A DNA stretch of 64,000 nt from Camelus dromedarius (Eukaryota). A model generated the notes under the pieces. The model did no database searches, had not been told where the DNA came from, and worked only from the letters and a program-made list of their open reading frames with translations. Shown one piece after another: positions 1 to 13,338 of this stretch; position 1 is the stretch's first letter, and every line of letters starts with the position of its first letter. The position numbers and the translations under genes are program-made. The stretch is from contig NC_087437.1 of the NCBI RefSeq assembly GCF_036321535.1, forward strand, positions 65,908,001-65,972,000. The letters are read 5' to 3'.

Positions 1-89
1 TAGTCCTATTCATCCTTCAGAACTCACTCAATTCTATAGTCCCTTAACTAACCAACAAGGTCCAATTCTCCTATGAGCTATAGTACTAT

Positions 90-290
90 AGACCTCTCCT
101 TCATAACACTAACTACAATCCTAATTTTACATTTTGTATTATTTAGTTCATCCCTGTCTCTCCCCTCCCCACCCTTCACATTAGAATGTAGGCTCTTTGA
201 AGACCAGGACTGTTTCAGGCTTGGCTCACCCTGCATCCTAACACTAGCACAGTGCCTGGCACATCATAGCAGTGGTGAATGAATAAATGA
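90..290 (+). mobile_element. LINE-2 3' end relic
   Basis: tagaatgtaggctctttgaagaccaggactg...cacagtgcctggcacatcatag...gaatgaataaatga, typical L2 3' terminus. Confidence 0.7.
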
Positions 291-1485
291 CCAGCTGCCT
301 TTCTTCATGTCAAAGAGAATGTATTAGCCAAACATGCCTGCGCCCTTCTTACTGCCTCTGCTTTCATCCCATCTTACTTCCAGGCCATACTCCACATTCA
401 TCACCTCTTCCCCTTCTGCTCCCAACCCCAGATTAAAAATTCAAATCCAAAACCATTGTCCAGAAATGTAGATTTTTACTGCAGATTTTGTGTGATTACA
501 GAGGAGGGGGTTCCTCACAAACAAAATGCCCTAACAGTGCCCTTTAAACATCTCTGCTTTTCCCCCTAGTTCTTACTTCTGCAGTTCAGAGCTGTCTCAT
601 CCCTCTTCGTTTGCCCCCTGCCAAGTTGGCTCTGGGAGCCCCTTGAGCCAAGCTGCCTCGCCCTTCACCTGCCCCCAACTCTATAGTCAGCAAAACAAAA
701 CACAGCCACCGGCCAAGCCACGACTCCTCGAGTTCTTAGTTTACAGGGCCTCTTGCATTTTTAAGAAATTTGGAACAGAAAGTGTTGCGCATTTTTTCCA
801 TTGCTTGATGATATTCTTCCCTCCATCATTAACGCCCTGTGCCCTCCCTGCTGTCTGTGGCCAACTGAAATCTTATGTCCATCAAGGTCCACTTTAAATG
901 TCCAATTTTCTGGAAACTTTTCCATAAAACCTCCAAGTAAAGATGATTTTTCTCTCCCCTAAGTATGTGTGCTACTTCTTTTATTCTACTTGATGCTACA
1001 GGCAATGTTATAGTTGTTTTTCTCTCCCTCTCCTTTAAGAGCAAGTTCCGTTTCTTACTCAACATCCCCTGAAGAGCCTGCCTCAGGACCCAGTGCACAG
1101 GCTGCTCCAGTCCTGATTGGATTATAATGAAATCATTCATATTTCTTTTCTTAGGCTTTAGTAAAAGTGTCTTCAAGAAAGTGACTGAATTTCATGTTTC
1201 CAAATGACAGATAGCCTATTTCAGTTCCGGAGTCAGCTAGCAGAAACCACTCCCCTCTGGGAAGGAGCTCTGTAGATATTATGGGTGGGTGCAGAACAGC
1301 TTTTAATAGTCTCAGAGAGAACTTCTCTATTCAAGTAAAAGATACAGTTGACTTTTTTGCCTGGGTTGATTCTAGCTTTCTAAAATGCAGCACCAATATG
1401 GTCTCAACATGAAACCATAAATATGTTTATTCCTATAAGCATCTTCATTACCCTGGATTAAATAAGAATAAAAAGTAAAATGAAG

Positions 1486-1614
1486 GGGAGGTATATAGCT
1501 CAGTGGTAGAGTGCATACTTAGCATGCATGAGGTCCTGTGTTCAATTCCCCAGTACCTCCATTGAATAAATAAATAAACCTAATTACCTCCGCCCCCCCC
1601 AAATTTTTTTTTTT
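1486..1614 (+). mobile_element. tRNA-derived SINE, Vic-1-like (camelid)
   Basis: A-box tagctcagtgg, B-box-like gttcaattccc, AATAAA-rich tail; perfect 14-bp TSD aaagtaaaatgaag at 1472-1485 and 1615-1628. Confidence 0.85.
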
Positions 1615-2394
1615 AAAGTAAAATGAAGTTCTCCAGTTTATTTCTTAACATTTTTCCATTCCAAAATTAGTACATTTCATTAGAGGAAAAATTTTAAATG
1701 GAATGAAAAATCAAAATACTTTTTAAAATCTGTATTTCTACAACCTAAGGACAATCACAGGATTTTTTGTCATGTTTTTCCAAACTTTTTTCCTTGTAGA
1801 AGATTTTTTAAAACATTGTAATCATGCTATAGATATACTGTATTCTGCTTTTTTACTTAAGATTTTAAGTAAGCATTTTTCTATACTCTTTATTATGTAT
1901 AATGATATCCATAATATTATGGGTACATAAAATTCCAACAAGAGGAAATAATTATAATTTACTTAATTGTCTCCTGTATTTGAACTTAAAGTTGCTTAAA
2001 AAATGAAGAAGAAATATAAATAAGTACTTAAATAAATACCAATTCTCTAAACATTTTGCATTTACTCATAGAGTTATCTGCTTTTTAAAGTTCAGTTTAT
2101 CTTTGCTTCTCATGTGCTATTGGCTCTTCCAGATGCTGTGCCCATGCCCACCTCCAGTTTTCCTGGCGTCCCCTGGCAATGCCATAGGCTCTTGCTTCCT
2201 TGACTCCCAACCTGGTCTATAAACACTTATTGCCTTACCATCCCTGCCCAAAAGGGCATGCTCTTAATTTCTTTTGGTTTAGGCTTGTCTTGAGCAGAAG
2301 CAGCCAGTCCCCAGAAAATCAATTCAGTGGGAACCAGTTTATGAGTGACTACTCTGAATGGCAAGCTGACCTAGGCCACCCATTGTGAGCAAGT

Positions 2395-2620
2395 CTGAAG
2401 TCTGTGGAACATAGCAAACTTTGGAGCTAGACACATGGAGCTTCAAACCTAGGCTCCTGTTCCAATGCCTTTGCAGTTTATCACCCTGTGATCTTTAGAC
2501 AAAAGACCTAGCCTCTCTAGCCTCAGTTTCCTCATCTATGAAATGGATCCCTAGACAGAGTTTTGGAGATAAAATAAGATCATGCATTCAAAGCACCTGA
2601 TGTAAGACCATTGTGGTGAG
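2395..2620 (+). mobile_element. MIR SINE relic
   Basis: core gcctcagtttcctcatctatgaaatgg. Confidence 0.75.
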
Positions 2621-2921
2621 GCATGATGGAAAGTTGTTAGATGCTATCTTCCTCTCTGGAGAATGGTAGGAAGGATCAAACAGTTGGCAAAATGTATGCT
2701 GTCCTACATCTGAATCCTAGTTTCTTCTCTCTTTTAAAATCCAGCTCCTATAAACCTGTCTCTTTAAAAGATCAGCCTCCCTTTTCTTCTAAATATTCTA
2801 GAGATAAAAAATCCAGTCAAAGTTTTAAAATGCACTTTTGTGGTGGTTTTTCCACACGCGGTAAAGACAGTTGGGTATGATGTCCTCCCAGGAGCATTTT
2901 TAAAATATCAGGGTAACTTCT

Positions 2922-3218
2922 ATTTTTTTTTTTATTATGGAAATCTTCAAATATACACAAAAGGAGAGGAAATGGTATAATGAACCAACACCATGTACTC
3001 ATCCCTCAGCTTTTACAATTTTAAATATTTGCCTGTGTCATTTTATCTATCCCCCTACGTATTTCACTTTTGTTTTTGCTGTACTATTTTAAAGCAAACT
3101 CTGACGGTGTTTTATTTTACCCATAAATACTTCAGCATATATTTCTAACCTTTAAGAAGGTCTTTTTCCTACATAACCACAATGCTATTATCACACGTAA
3201 CAAAATTATCAATAATCT
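2922..3218 (-). mobile_element. Old L1 (L1MC-like) 3' end fragment
   Basis: polyT followed by ttattatggaaatcttcaaatatacacaaaag; bracketed by a ~19-bp direct repeat caggagcatttt(t/a)aaaata. Confidence 0.7.
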
Positions 3219-3644
3219 CAGGAGCATTTTAAAAATAGGATTCTGGAAAAAGCAAGTCAAAGGAATGAGTAATACAGAATTTCAAGCACCAGGGTAAGCA
3301 GTTTGAAAAGATGCTTTTGGCAAAGTGGGTACTTTCACTCTTCTAAATGACATCACAGTGCCAGATGCCACTTTCTCCTACATATCCAAAATTGGATTTA
3401 CTTTCTTACCCCAAAATGCATTCTCTAGTTCAGTTCAAGGCATCAGACTCCATCCAGGAGCTCAAGTTTGAGACCCAGAGTCCTTATGGAGCTTTCCCCA
3501 CTCCCCTCTCTCTGGCACTGCATTTTACCAGTTTTGAAGTCCTAAATCTCAGGGTGAATATTGCTCACATCCATCCCCTCCTCTCCAGCTGCACCTCTGC
3601 CCCTTTTGGGCCCCCATTATCTATCTCTACACTGAGGTATAAAA

Positions 3645-4065
3645 AAGTCTTCCTTTGGGTTCCCTCAGAAACAGAGCTTGAAACAAGGATTTCAGTGTAA
3701 ATAATTTATTCTAGAGGTACCTGGGAACTTCATAGCAGAATGAGACAGGAAAGTGAAAGAAGCCAGTACAGGGTGTGTTATCAAGCACTGCAGGACACTA
3801 GAGCTCCAATCCGCTGGGAAACCCTGCGGTGCATTACAGAACACACCTCAGAGTTATCCCAACTGGCAGGGAAGGGAGCTGGGGTATTTATCCACTAACT
3901 CCTTTCATCATCACATGATGGCTGCTCTCAGGAGCAAGAAGTCCCCGGCAGTTCCATCTGCACCATGTACAGGCTGAGCGTGCTGCCAGTCAGAACACAG
4001 AGGGTCACAGACTTTGGGGTACAGTGGTGAATATGGAGGACACGGCAGGGCACTAGCAGCACTCA
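3645..4065. mobile_element. Ancient ERVL-type solo LTR relic (LTR16/LTR33-like)
   Basis: gggttccctcagaaacagagcttgaaacaaggatttcagtgtaaataatttatt resembles this family's end. Confidence 0.55.
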
Positions 4066-4629
4066 CTGTACTGCCTCCCTTCTTGCTCTCACCTCACAAA
4101 GAGGCCAGGGATAACTTTCCAAAGTGCAAATCTGATTCCAGCACTTCTGTATTCAATAAAAAGGGCATGTGGATGATGCTAAAGAACAACCTTGCTTATT
4201 TCCCCTGATGGAGGTGAGTGTCTTGAGTGGTACTGAACCACGTGATCCTGAGAACCTTTGACATCCCTTCTGCAAGTGGACAGACTTTGAATTGGACTTT
4301 GAGTCCAGTTGAGTTCAATTGTGAATTCAATGGAGAGATAGCTTTATTCATATGTTTCTCATTAAAACCTTGTTTATTTATAGAGCAGGTTTGGAGGGGA
4401 AGGGGCAAGTGATCCCTTCTGGTTTGGATTCTGCTAGTGCAGCCCTTTACCTCTCAGCAGTTTTGCATAATCCTTCCAAGCAGTGGAGTGCCTCTCTCCA
4501 CCAGTGCCGCTGCGCCAAAGCTATTGTGGCAATCCTTTGTTCTTCTTTATGCAGTCACATTATCTGGGAATCTCAATGTGATTTACAAGCTTATATAACT
4601 TCCCATATGAGTCAGCATGCTCATCAAGA

Positions 4630-4860
4630 AGGCAGCATGGTGGAGGAGAAAGAACACAGCATTTGGTGCCAGACAGAGCAAGTTCAGTTCCTGCATCTGC
4701 CACTTCCTGTGTGTTAGACAAGTTATTCTACCTCTCTGAGCCTCAGTTTCTTCCTCTAATAAATGGGGATCATAGTACCTATCTAGGAGGGGTGTTATAA
4801 GGATTGAAAGAGGTAAAGAACACTCAGTGTGATACATAACAGGCCCTGAATCAGTGTTCA
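4630..4860 (+). mobile_element. MIR SINE relic
   Basis: acaagttattctacctctctgagcctcagtttcttcctctaataaatggggatcatagtacc. Confidence 0.8.
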
Positions 4861-5714
4861 CCTTCCCCATCCTGCGTCCTGACTTTACAGATCTGGCAGC
4901 AAGTTTTTGAACCTTACCAACCTGCAGTGAGTGAAAAATGCTGATTTATCTTTGTCTGCTTTTAGCACCTGGATTTTAGATGGAAGTTCAAATCAGTTCT
5001 TTGTAAAGGAAAATTGCTCCTGCTCCACTCTGGGTAAAGCAGCCACACTGTGTGTGAAATAAATCTGTACCAGAGAGGGCTGGGGTACTCTAGGAAGGAC
5101 TAGGCTCTCACAGCCTGGCTCAGCCCCAGCTGCAGTGGCAGCCGCAGATCACTGGCGTTCAGAAGCCACTTGTGAGTGCACAGCGAGACAGCCAGCCAGA
5201 AAACCAGAATGTGCAGGAGAGGATGTGAGAGCCCATCTGCATAGCTGCTCACCGCAGTGGGGAGTGGTTGGGAACTGCATTGCAGAATGCCTGTGGCTAG
5301 AAGTGGCAGTGCACAAATGAGGGTGCTGCTGTGCCGACCAGGGCTGGGGACATTTCTGGAACTGTTTCTCCAAAGTGATTGGAACAAACACCTGCAAGTT
5401 AATAAATAAATAAAAATAAATAAAACCCCTGGTCAGAAATAAGCACTGCTGCAGATGCTCTTCCCGGCCAGTCACAACGCTATTAGGGCAGGATTACCAG
5501 ACAAGCTCATTTCCAGCTCTTTACAGCCAGCATAATACCTAGTTAGCAGTTAGCTAGAGCAAGCAGAGAAAGTATTCGTAATTAAGGGGTGATCGGTGAG
5601 TGCAGTGTTTCCATAAGAGCAAAGAAACCTCTAAAAAGAATAATCAGGAGCCAATCTTTGAACTTAGAAACTATAAAACGTTAGAAGAGAGGTTCTTTAA
5701 GATCATTGAGCCAT

Positions 5715-5960
5715 TCTGGTGATATTTAAATGCTAAAAAAAGCAACAGAACTGTTCCTTCAAATAAAATCTTATGCAGATTCTCCTTCTGTAAAGCAAAT
5801 AAAAGGGATGCTGTTCTGAGTAGGGGAGGGAAGGGGGACGGGAGGGCAGTGTAGTCTGGACCCTTGGTCTGTGAACCTCACTCCTGGTCTCCTGGTGTGG
5901 CCCAGAAATATGTCTTGGAAATCCTGAGGCCCCACTGATCCTGCTGTGAAAATCTCTAGT
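5715..5960. mobile_element. hAT-Charlie non-autonomous DNA transposon relic (MER102-like) within a MIR
   Basis: gcaacagaactgttccttcaaataaaatcttatgcaga motif; MIR-like sequence on both sides. Confidence 0.4.
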
Positions 5961-7084
5961 CTAGTTCACCCTTCACATTGTACAAATTAGGAATTTGGGT
6001 TCAAAGCTGGGAAGTGATTAGTCTAAGGTCACCCAGCAGAATTGGGAGTAGAGCCCAAACCTCTTGATTTTTAAGTTCTTTGCTCTCTCCTAAAAACCAT
6101 CTCCTCTTTAAAAAAGGGGGGGGGTGTGTCTTTAAAGATAAAGTTACCTCATGAAATAACTTGTTAAAGTAAATGAGAAAGCCAGAGGCATCCAAGTTTA
6201 AATACTGGCTTTGGAAAGGATCCAATTCTATCTTGTCTGCTGGACCCAAGTGCAATTTCTTGTTACATTTATTTTAAGACTATTAGTATGATAGTCACAA
6301 AATCCAAGGAGAATTGCTAAATTAGTGGTTTCTTAAGCTAGGATAAGTCTAATCAGTTTGTGCCTTTTAGAAAACTACAACTTAAAACAACTACACTAGC
6401 TTAGTATTTTAAATTATATGTATCTATATTGGCACAGTAAGAAGGTAGTCTGAAATGCATGGTAGGTGGAGATGGCCAAACCAAAGCCCTTACATAGTGG
6501 AGCACAAGGCACGCCGGCCTCCTGATCTACTCCTTGTTGTGAGACCTTGGACAAGTTACCACCTCTCTGACCTCAACATTTTTTCAACCTATAAAATAAT
6601 TAAATCTTCAAAGTCACGAAAAGTCAGTATTCAACAGAACCCCAACACAGAACTTCCCAGTGCTCTGTGTCAGCCAGCGCTATGACTATTTCATGTGCAA
6701 CAGACGTCTCCATCTTCAAGGCTGAGGACTTGGCAGTGTAATAACTGTAGAAGAGAGAGAAGCAACAACGTGGAGACCACCGTGGGATAGACAGAAAGAA
6801 GGAGGAGGGAAGCAGATGGAGAGAAAAACAAAGGCTCTCCTTTAATGTTCAGAGGACTGGATTTTGGTCCACATCTATCCTGTACATTTGTGTGACACCT
6901 ATTACCCTGAAGTCCTCTTAGTGGCAAAATAAATGGCATATATGTAGATGAAGAAAATTCTGTAGGAACATAACCAAAATGCTAAGTGTTTTTTTCTGGA
7001 TTGTATGATTATGAATGCCCTACATTTCTTCCTTCCTTCTTTTCTCCTTATATGTATTTCCTAAATTTTGAACCTTATCTATAT

Positions 7085-7235
7085 GTTACTTGTGTCCTCC
7101 TCCCTCACCAGAAGGTAAGCCTGATAAGTGTGGGAATTTTTGTCTGTTTTGTTCACTGCTGTATTTCCAGTGCCTAGCACAGTGCCTGGTATTTCATAGG
7201 TGCTCAATAACTATTTGTTGAGTGAATGAATGAAT
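7085..7235 (+). mobile_element. LINE-2 3' end relic
   Basis: ttttgttcactgctgtatttccagtgcctagcacagtgcctgg...aggtgctcaataactatttgttgagtgaatgaatgaatg. Confidence 0.85.
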
Positions 7236-7252
7236 GTGTAATTTAAAAATGA

Positions 7253-8635
7253 TACAAAAACAGACACAGATCAATGGAACAAGATAGAGAGCCCAGAAAT
7301 AAACCTATGCATATATGAACAATTAATTTATAACAAAAGAGCCAAGAATATATAATGGGGAAATGACATTCTCTCCAATAAATGGTGTTAGAAAAACTGG
7401 ACAGCCACAAGCCAAAGAGTGAAAGTAGGCCACTGTCTTACACCATACACAAAAATCAGTTCAAATGGATTAAAGACTTAATGTAAGACCTGAAACCATA
7501 AAATTCCTAGAAGAAAACATAGATTGTAATTTCCTTGACATCAGTCTTAGTGGGTTTTTGTTTTTGTTTTTGTTTTAGATCTGACTCTAAAGGCAAGGGA
7601 AACAAAAGCAAAAATAAACAAATGGGACCATATCAAACTAAAAAGCTCCTACACGGTGAAGGAAACCATCAACAAAACAAAAAGGCAACCTAGTAAATGG
7701 GAGATGTTTTCAAATCAAATCATATATCTGATAAGGGGCTAATATTCAAAATATGTCAAGAACTCACACAACTCAACAACAAGAAACAAACAAACCAATT
7801 AAAAATGGGCAGAAGATCTGAATAGACATTTTTCCAAAGAAGACATACAGATGGCAACAGGCACATGAAAGGATGCTCAACATCACTAATCTTCAGGGAA
7901 ATGCACATCAAAGCCACAATGAGATACCACCTCACCTGTTACAGTGGCTATTATTAAAAAGACAAGAAATAATAAGTATTGGAGAGGATGTGGAGAAAAG
8001 GGAACCCTTGTACACTGTTGGTGGAACTGTAAATTGGTGCAGCCACTATGAAAAACAGTATGGAGAGTCCTCAGAAAATTAAGAATAGAACTGTCATATG
8101 ATCCAGCTATTCTTCTACTTCTGGGTATTTATCTAAAGACTATGAAAACACTAAGATGTGGGTGTGTGTGTATACATACAGCTTCTCTTCAGAAAAACAT
8201 TTTGTCTTAGAACCTTGAGTAGAATCATTTAGCCAACTCCATCATTTTGTGTGTGTGTGTGTGTATGTGTGTACACACAATGGAATACTATGGAGCCATG
8301 ACAAGAAGGAAATTTTGCTATTTCCAACAACATGGATGGACCTAGAGGGTATTATGCTAAGTGAAATAAGTCAGACAGAAGCAGACAGATACCATATGAG
8401 TTCACTTGTATGTGGAATCTTAAAAACAAAAACAAACTCATAAATACAGAGAACAGATTGGTGGTTGCCAGAGAGGAAGAGGATCAGAAGAGGGTGAAAT
8501 GGATGGAGGGGTCAATTATATGGTGATGGATGGTGACTAGACTTATTTTGTATAAACAAATAATGATTTATAATGTTGTACGCCTAAAATTTATATAATG
8601 TTTTATACCAACTTTACCTCAATTTAAAAAAGAGA
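7253..8635 (+). mobile_element. 5'-truncated L1 (ORF2 C-terminus plus 3'UTR, L1MA9-like)
   Basis: ORF2 remnants ([42 protein letters not shown]), 3'UTR and A-rich tail. Confidence 0.9.
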
Positions 8636-9217
8636 AAAATTGTGTGATTTTTAAAAAATTGCAGGCAACATAGATCACGTCTTAAAGCAGTAGCAGTAGC
8701 TTTCAGTTCTTCTGGACTGTAGCCCACAGTAAAAAACATATTTTTAATTGTGACATCACAATACATAAATCAACACACATACATGGCATGTAACAAAGAT
8801 GCCACAAAATAATACTTTATTATTATTACCTGTGATACACTCTGGTGTTTCTCACTTAACGTCCTAACAGCTCCATGAGGATAGGGTCCTTAGCCCCACT
8901 TTACAGAGGAGGAAAGTGAAGCTTAGGTTAAATAACTTGTCCCAAATCAGCAAGTGTCAGAGTTGGTTTCTAACGAACATCTCCTTGACGCCAACCCCCA
9001 TATTCCCAACTACAACATGAACTGTTTCCTAATGGTCTTGCTTTGGTTTCCAGTCAAAGCCCTGACCTATCTGGTCTCACTTAAAGCTAGGAATGTTCAA
9101 ATAAAGATAGTAGTAGGATGTGGTAGCAAAGGATAAAGTGTATATAAGTGAATGGGTGTATATAAGAGGAAAAGAAACAATTTTTTATAAATGCAATATC
9201 CTAAGCATTTTGTTTAT

Positions 9218-9390
9218 TTTTTTTTTTTAGATTTTTAAAATTGAAGTACAGTCAGTTTACAATGTGTCAATTTCTGGTGTAGAGCATAATGCTTCAGTTA
9301 TACATGAACATACATATGTATTCATTTTCATATTCTTTTCACCAAAAGTTACTACAAGATATTGAATATAGTTCCCTGTGTTATACAGTG
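9218..9390 (-). mobile_element. Short younger L1 3' end inserted into a MIR
   Basis: polyT, attgaagtacagtcagtttacaatgtg...gatattgaatatagttccctgtg; TSD tgtttat at 9211-9217 and 9391-9397. Confidence 0.8.
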
Positions 9391-11039
9391 TGTTTATGCT
9401 ATTCAATTTAATCCTTTCTATGACTTACAAATTAGGTATCTTCTCTCCGACCCCTCCATCTTACAGATTTGGATGCAGAGAGGTTTAGCAACTTTTTTAC
9501 AATAAGTATTTATGTGGCTGTTGGACTGAAAGTTGTCCAAGGATAGAGACTGACTTTCTCATTTGTGCTTGTATCTTTAGTGCCTAACAGTATCTGGTAC
9601 ACATGTCCTAAAGGAATAATGGAAAGAAATGGCCAAGTGTTAAATCCAGATCTGCCCAACTCCTAAATCTAATTCTTTCTAGTTCTGAACTCATAATTTA
9701 TTAAAAACAATTGGTATTTGGCCATTGGGTTTTAACCCCTCATTTACTGCACAATTGGAAGTGTTATAAGTCCTGGTTCCAAGGCCCATTGAAGCTCTTG
9801 GTACATTAATTAGTTAATGAGTCCCCATCTCTTGGCTGAATTTATAATTAAGCAGGTTTTGTAAGACATAGTTAGACATAGTCTCTGGTGCCCTAAAATG
9901 CGTTAACATTCACCCAGAGGACCAGACTTGGAGAAAAACACAGGACTGGAAAATATTTTTATCATTCTCCAGTATCACTGCTCTCCCTGGTCACCATAAG
10001 CAATTACAGAACAGGAAGGTACTTTTTAGTTTTTTTAATCAGTAAACAAATTTTAAAAGGCATACAGTCTCATAGAGGTTCTTCACAATTCTTCTTAGAA
10101 ATGAAATTTTGACTCACTAGCACACAATGGTATTAACATATAACAGTTTCTGTCCAGGAGTTGGATGAAGGTAAAAAATGAAAGACAAGTCAAGAGTGCT
10201 GCTAGAAGGTCACGCTCAGGTGTGCCTGGGGCCTTGCCCTAACGCTTCTGGACTCAACAGGGCAGGGCCAGGGGTCTGTGAATCTACTTTATCCTCTGAT
10301 AAAGAGTGGCTGAATAAAATCGTTCCTCCTTATCTGTTCTCACTCACTCCTGTGTTGACCAAGGCTGCACCTGGCCATGGCCCCAGGGCACTTCACTGGG
10401 CCTTTTCAGCGGTGCACTCATTTATTTCTTCATTTCCTCCGCTTTTCCCGAGTATTTACTAAGAGCTCTCATGGACTCCGTCACTGCAAGGTGCTTGGGG
10501 CTACAGGAGGAACAGAGTACAAGCTTCTAGACCCGGTGGGCATTGTTGATAATACACCTGGAACTCAGGTGTGACTGTGAGGCCCCCAGGTGACTTAACT
10601 ATTATTGCCTTCCTTCCTTGCTGGCTCCGGAGAGCTTGGGAAGTCTTTCTTGTTACTGTGGCCTGAGGAGTGTGATTCTCCCTTATTTCCCTCTGCACAG
10701 GAGGTCACCATGACAATAACACAAAGATGGCCCTCTTGCCTTGAGTGAAATGGCACCCCTGTTACCAGGACAGCATGATCAGAGAGGTGTCGGCCCTTTA
10801 CAAGGTAGTCAGAGAAGATGTAGGATCACTTCAGCTTGGTGGCTAATTCTCCTGGCTTCCTGCAGTGAGTTTGGCTACCTGTATTTCCAGTCTGCACTGT
10901 ATCTACTGTTTTCATCCAAAATATTTTTTTAGCTTGGGATTGGGCTGGCTCTCCCAAGTTGACGTCAGATAGTCTCTTTATATTCTCCTTATGTTCTCCT
11001 CTGAGTTTCCCTCTGTAACATCTGCCTTGTTCAAAATCT

Positions 11040-11550
11040 TTTTTCAATAACAGTTTTATTAATATATAAGTCACCCTTTTAAAGTGTACAGTCCAGTAGT
11101 TTTCAGTTTACTTGCAAATTTGTGCATCACCACTATCTATTTTCAGAATATTTTATCACCTCCCCAAGAAATCACATACTCATTAACATTTGCTCCCCAG
11201 TTCTCCCTTTCCCCAGCCCCTGGCAACCACTAATCTATTTTCTGTTTCTATGGATTTGCCTATTCTGGACATTTCATATAAATGGACTCACATAATACGT
11301 GTTCCTTTGTGACTGGCTTCTCTCAATTAGCATGAAGTCTTCCAGGTTTATCCATGTTGTAACATGTATCAGTACTTCACCCCTTTTTGACTGATAATGA
11401 GTTGTATGGATATACCACATTTTGCTTATTCATCAGTCAGTGGACACTTGGGTTGTTTCTTTTTGGCTATGATGAACATTCCTGCACAAGTTTTTGTCTC
11501 ACAACATATGTTTTCAAATCTCTTGGCTATATATCTAGAAGTGGAGTTTC
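11040..11550 (-). mobile_element. L1MB-like 3'UTR fragment
   Basis: ccccagcccctggcaaccactaatctattttctgtttctatggatttgcctattctggacatttcatataaatgg. Confidence 0.9.
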
Positions 11551-12077
11551 TAGGCTGGCTCAAATCTTAAAGAAGCATTTCTAATCATCTTCATTCTTAT
11601 CTCTGTTTCCCAGGGAACAGGGTTCTCTATGCTCATTAAAAAAAAAAGGGCAGCAGGAAACCAATAGCAGGAGCTTCTTCACCCAGTCCTGGACACAGCC
11701 CCTGCTTTTCCAAGTCAGATACAAAGCCCAGACATCTCCACTCTAAACAATGTGGGCTTTGACGGACTGTAGCAGGCCCAGTATGGGGACGAGTCACTGC
11801 AATGACTCAACTGATAGCAGCCTGCAGCACCCAGAGGAGTAATGCAGAACCAGCCTTTTCTGCCCAGGTTTTAATCTTAGAAACAAAGGAACATCTACAG
11901 TTATGTCATTCTCTGCTTAGACCTGATTCCTTGAAATCTGGTCTCTTGTATCCTGTCAAGAATCTTGGACTATGATCTCTGGGAGTATGTATAGCATGGA
12001 ATAAACAATTTACAATCTTGGAATCCTAAATTGCCCTTTCCCCACCACCCACTCTGCAGGCTCCGTTTATAACTGAA

Positions 12078-12096
12078 GTCTGCCCTCTGCTGGTCT
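12078..12096 (-). promoter_or_regulatory. CTCF motif
   Basis: minus strand AGACCAGCAGAGGGCAGAC matches the core CCASYAGRKGGC exactly. Confidence 0.55.
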
Positions 12097-12389
12097 TAGG
12101 CAGCCCAGACCCACTCCACAGAGCCGCTGAGCAGATTTCTTCTAAAATCGTTTCTTCTCCAGGAGCATTTTGGAAATTGCTACAATTTATTCAGCTATAG
12201 CAATAAGGAGAAATGACATCTTCTGCAGAGTGTTCCACTTTTATTCCTTGATGTTTGTGGGTTTTTTCCTTTTATTCAACAGTAGCAGAACTGGGCCAAT
12301 TTCAGTTATATTTATGAGCCACTTTCATTTGTGATAAATAACCATTATGTGTATTTATGCAGTGCCTGCCCAGGCCCTTTTGCTCCTAT

Positions 12390-12403
12390 TGACTCATGAG
12401 TCA
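12390..12403. promoter_or_regulatory. Two abutting AP-1 sites forming a 14-bp palindrome
   Basis: TGACTCA-TGAGTCA in non-repetitive sequence. Confidence 0.5.
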
Positions 12404-13338
12404 CTAAAGTGCTTTCCTATGGTAGAGGTGGACAAGGGCTTCTCAAGGCAGGAAATATTACAATTAATGGGCTGTCAAATGTCTAGTAGTTTTCCAAAGG
12501 TGGTTTGTAGACTGAGTGGTGAGTAAAGAAAGATCCAGAGACCGATTTTCTTCAAGTTCTGTACCCATTTGCCCAGTTGGGAGGCTTCAGGGCAATAGGC
12601 ATTTGGGAATTCCAAGCAGACATAGCAACTCTTTCTTCCTCTTCCTTCCACATGGGCACTCTGGCTCAGGAAACAGGTGCAGAAGGACACGAAAGGTGAG
12701 TGGGGAGGGAAGCCAGACCCCAAAGCAACCACAAGACGGGTGTGAGCAAAAGGCTGAACCAGTGATAAAAGGAAAGGAAGAAGATGGATAAGAAGAAGTA
12801 GTGGGTAATGGAAAAACAAGGGACTAAAGAGGTGACTTCATTTTTCTGAGGGCCATTACTGCTTTCTGCAATGCAGTTAACTGTAAAAATCTGTTTAGTT
12901 TTTAGTTAACAAAGGAAGGTAATTCTTTCTGATTTTCCAGAGTCCTTGAAAATAACCCTATGCCTCTGACCAAATGTTTTAGGAACATTTATACTTTCTG
13001 CCTTGAGAGAAACACAGCACTTTTATGAAAGAAAACTTAATTTTTAGAGAGATGGTTTTGGTTTCTAACTTCTGAGTAGCTGAGGGGTGGGGGAACAAGG
13101 ATTCCTTATTGTGAGCATACATCCTAACCAGAGATCTAGAAAGCTGTCCCCTCCCCCAAGGTGATCCTCAAGTACAGCCAGAGTGGGGGCTCCACTGCCC
13201 ACCGGGGTCACCCTCCTCCCAAGGGTCTACCTCTGGCAGTCTGCTTGGGGCGCAGAAGCGCGGGCTCAGGGTGTAACAGAGATCCCTGTGTCCTGTTCTT
13301 TCTCTTCCCCTCCATTTCCCTCTTGCCTCCTCCCTTAC

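Noticed and set aside
1486..1560. Possible tRNA gene
   Set aside because: Has an A-rich tail, a TSD and a second dispersed copy; it is a SINE head
12404..12450. taaagtgct miR-17/miR-302-like seed suggesting a miRNA gene
   Set aside because: No convincing complementary arm for a precursor hairpin
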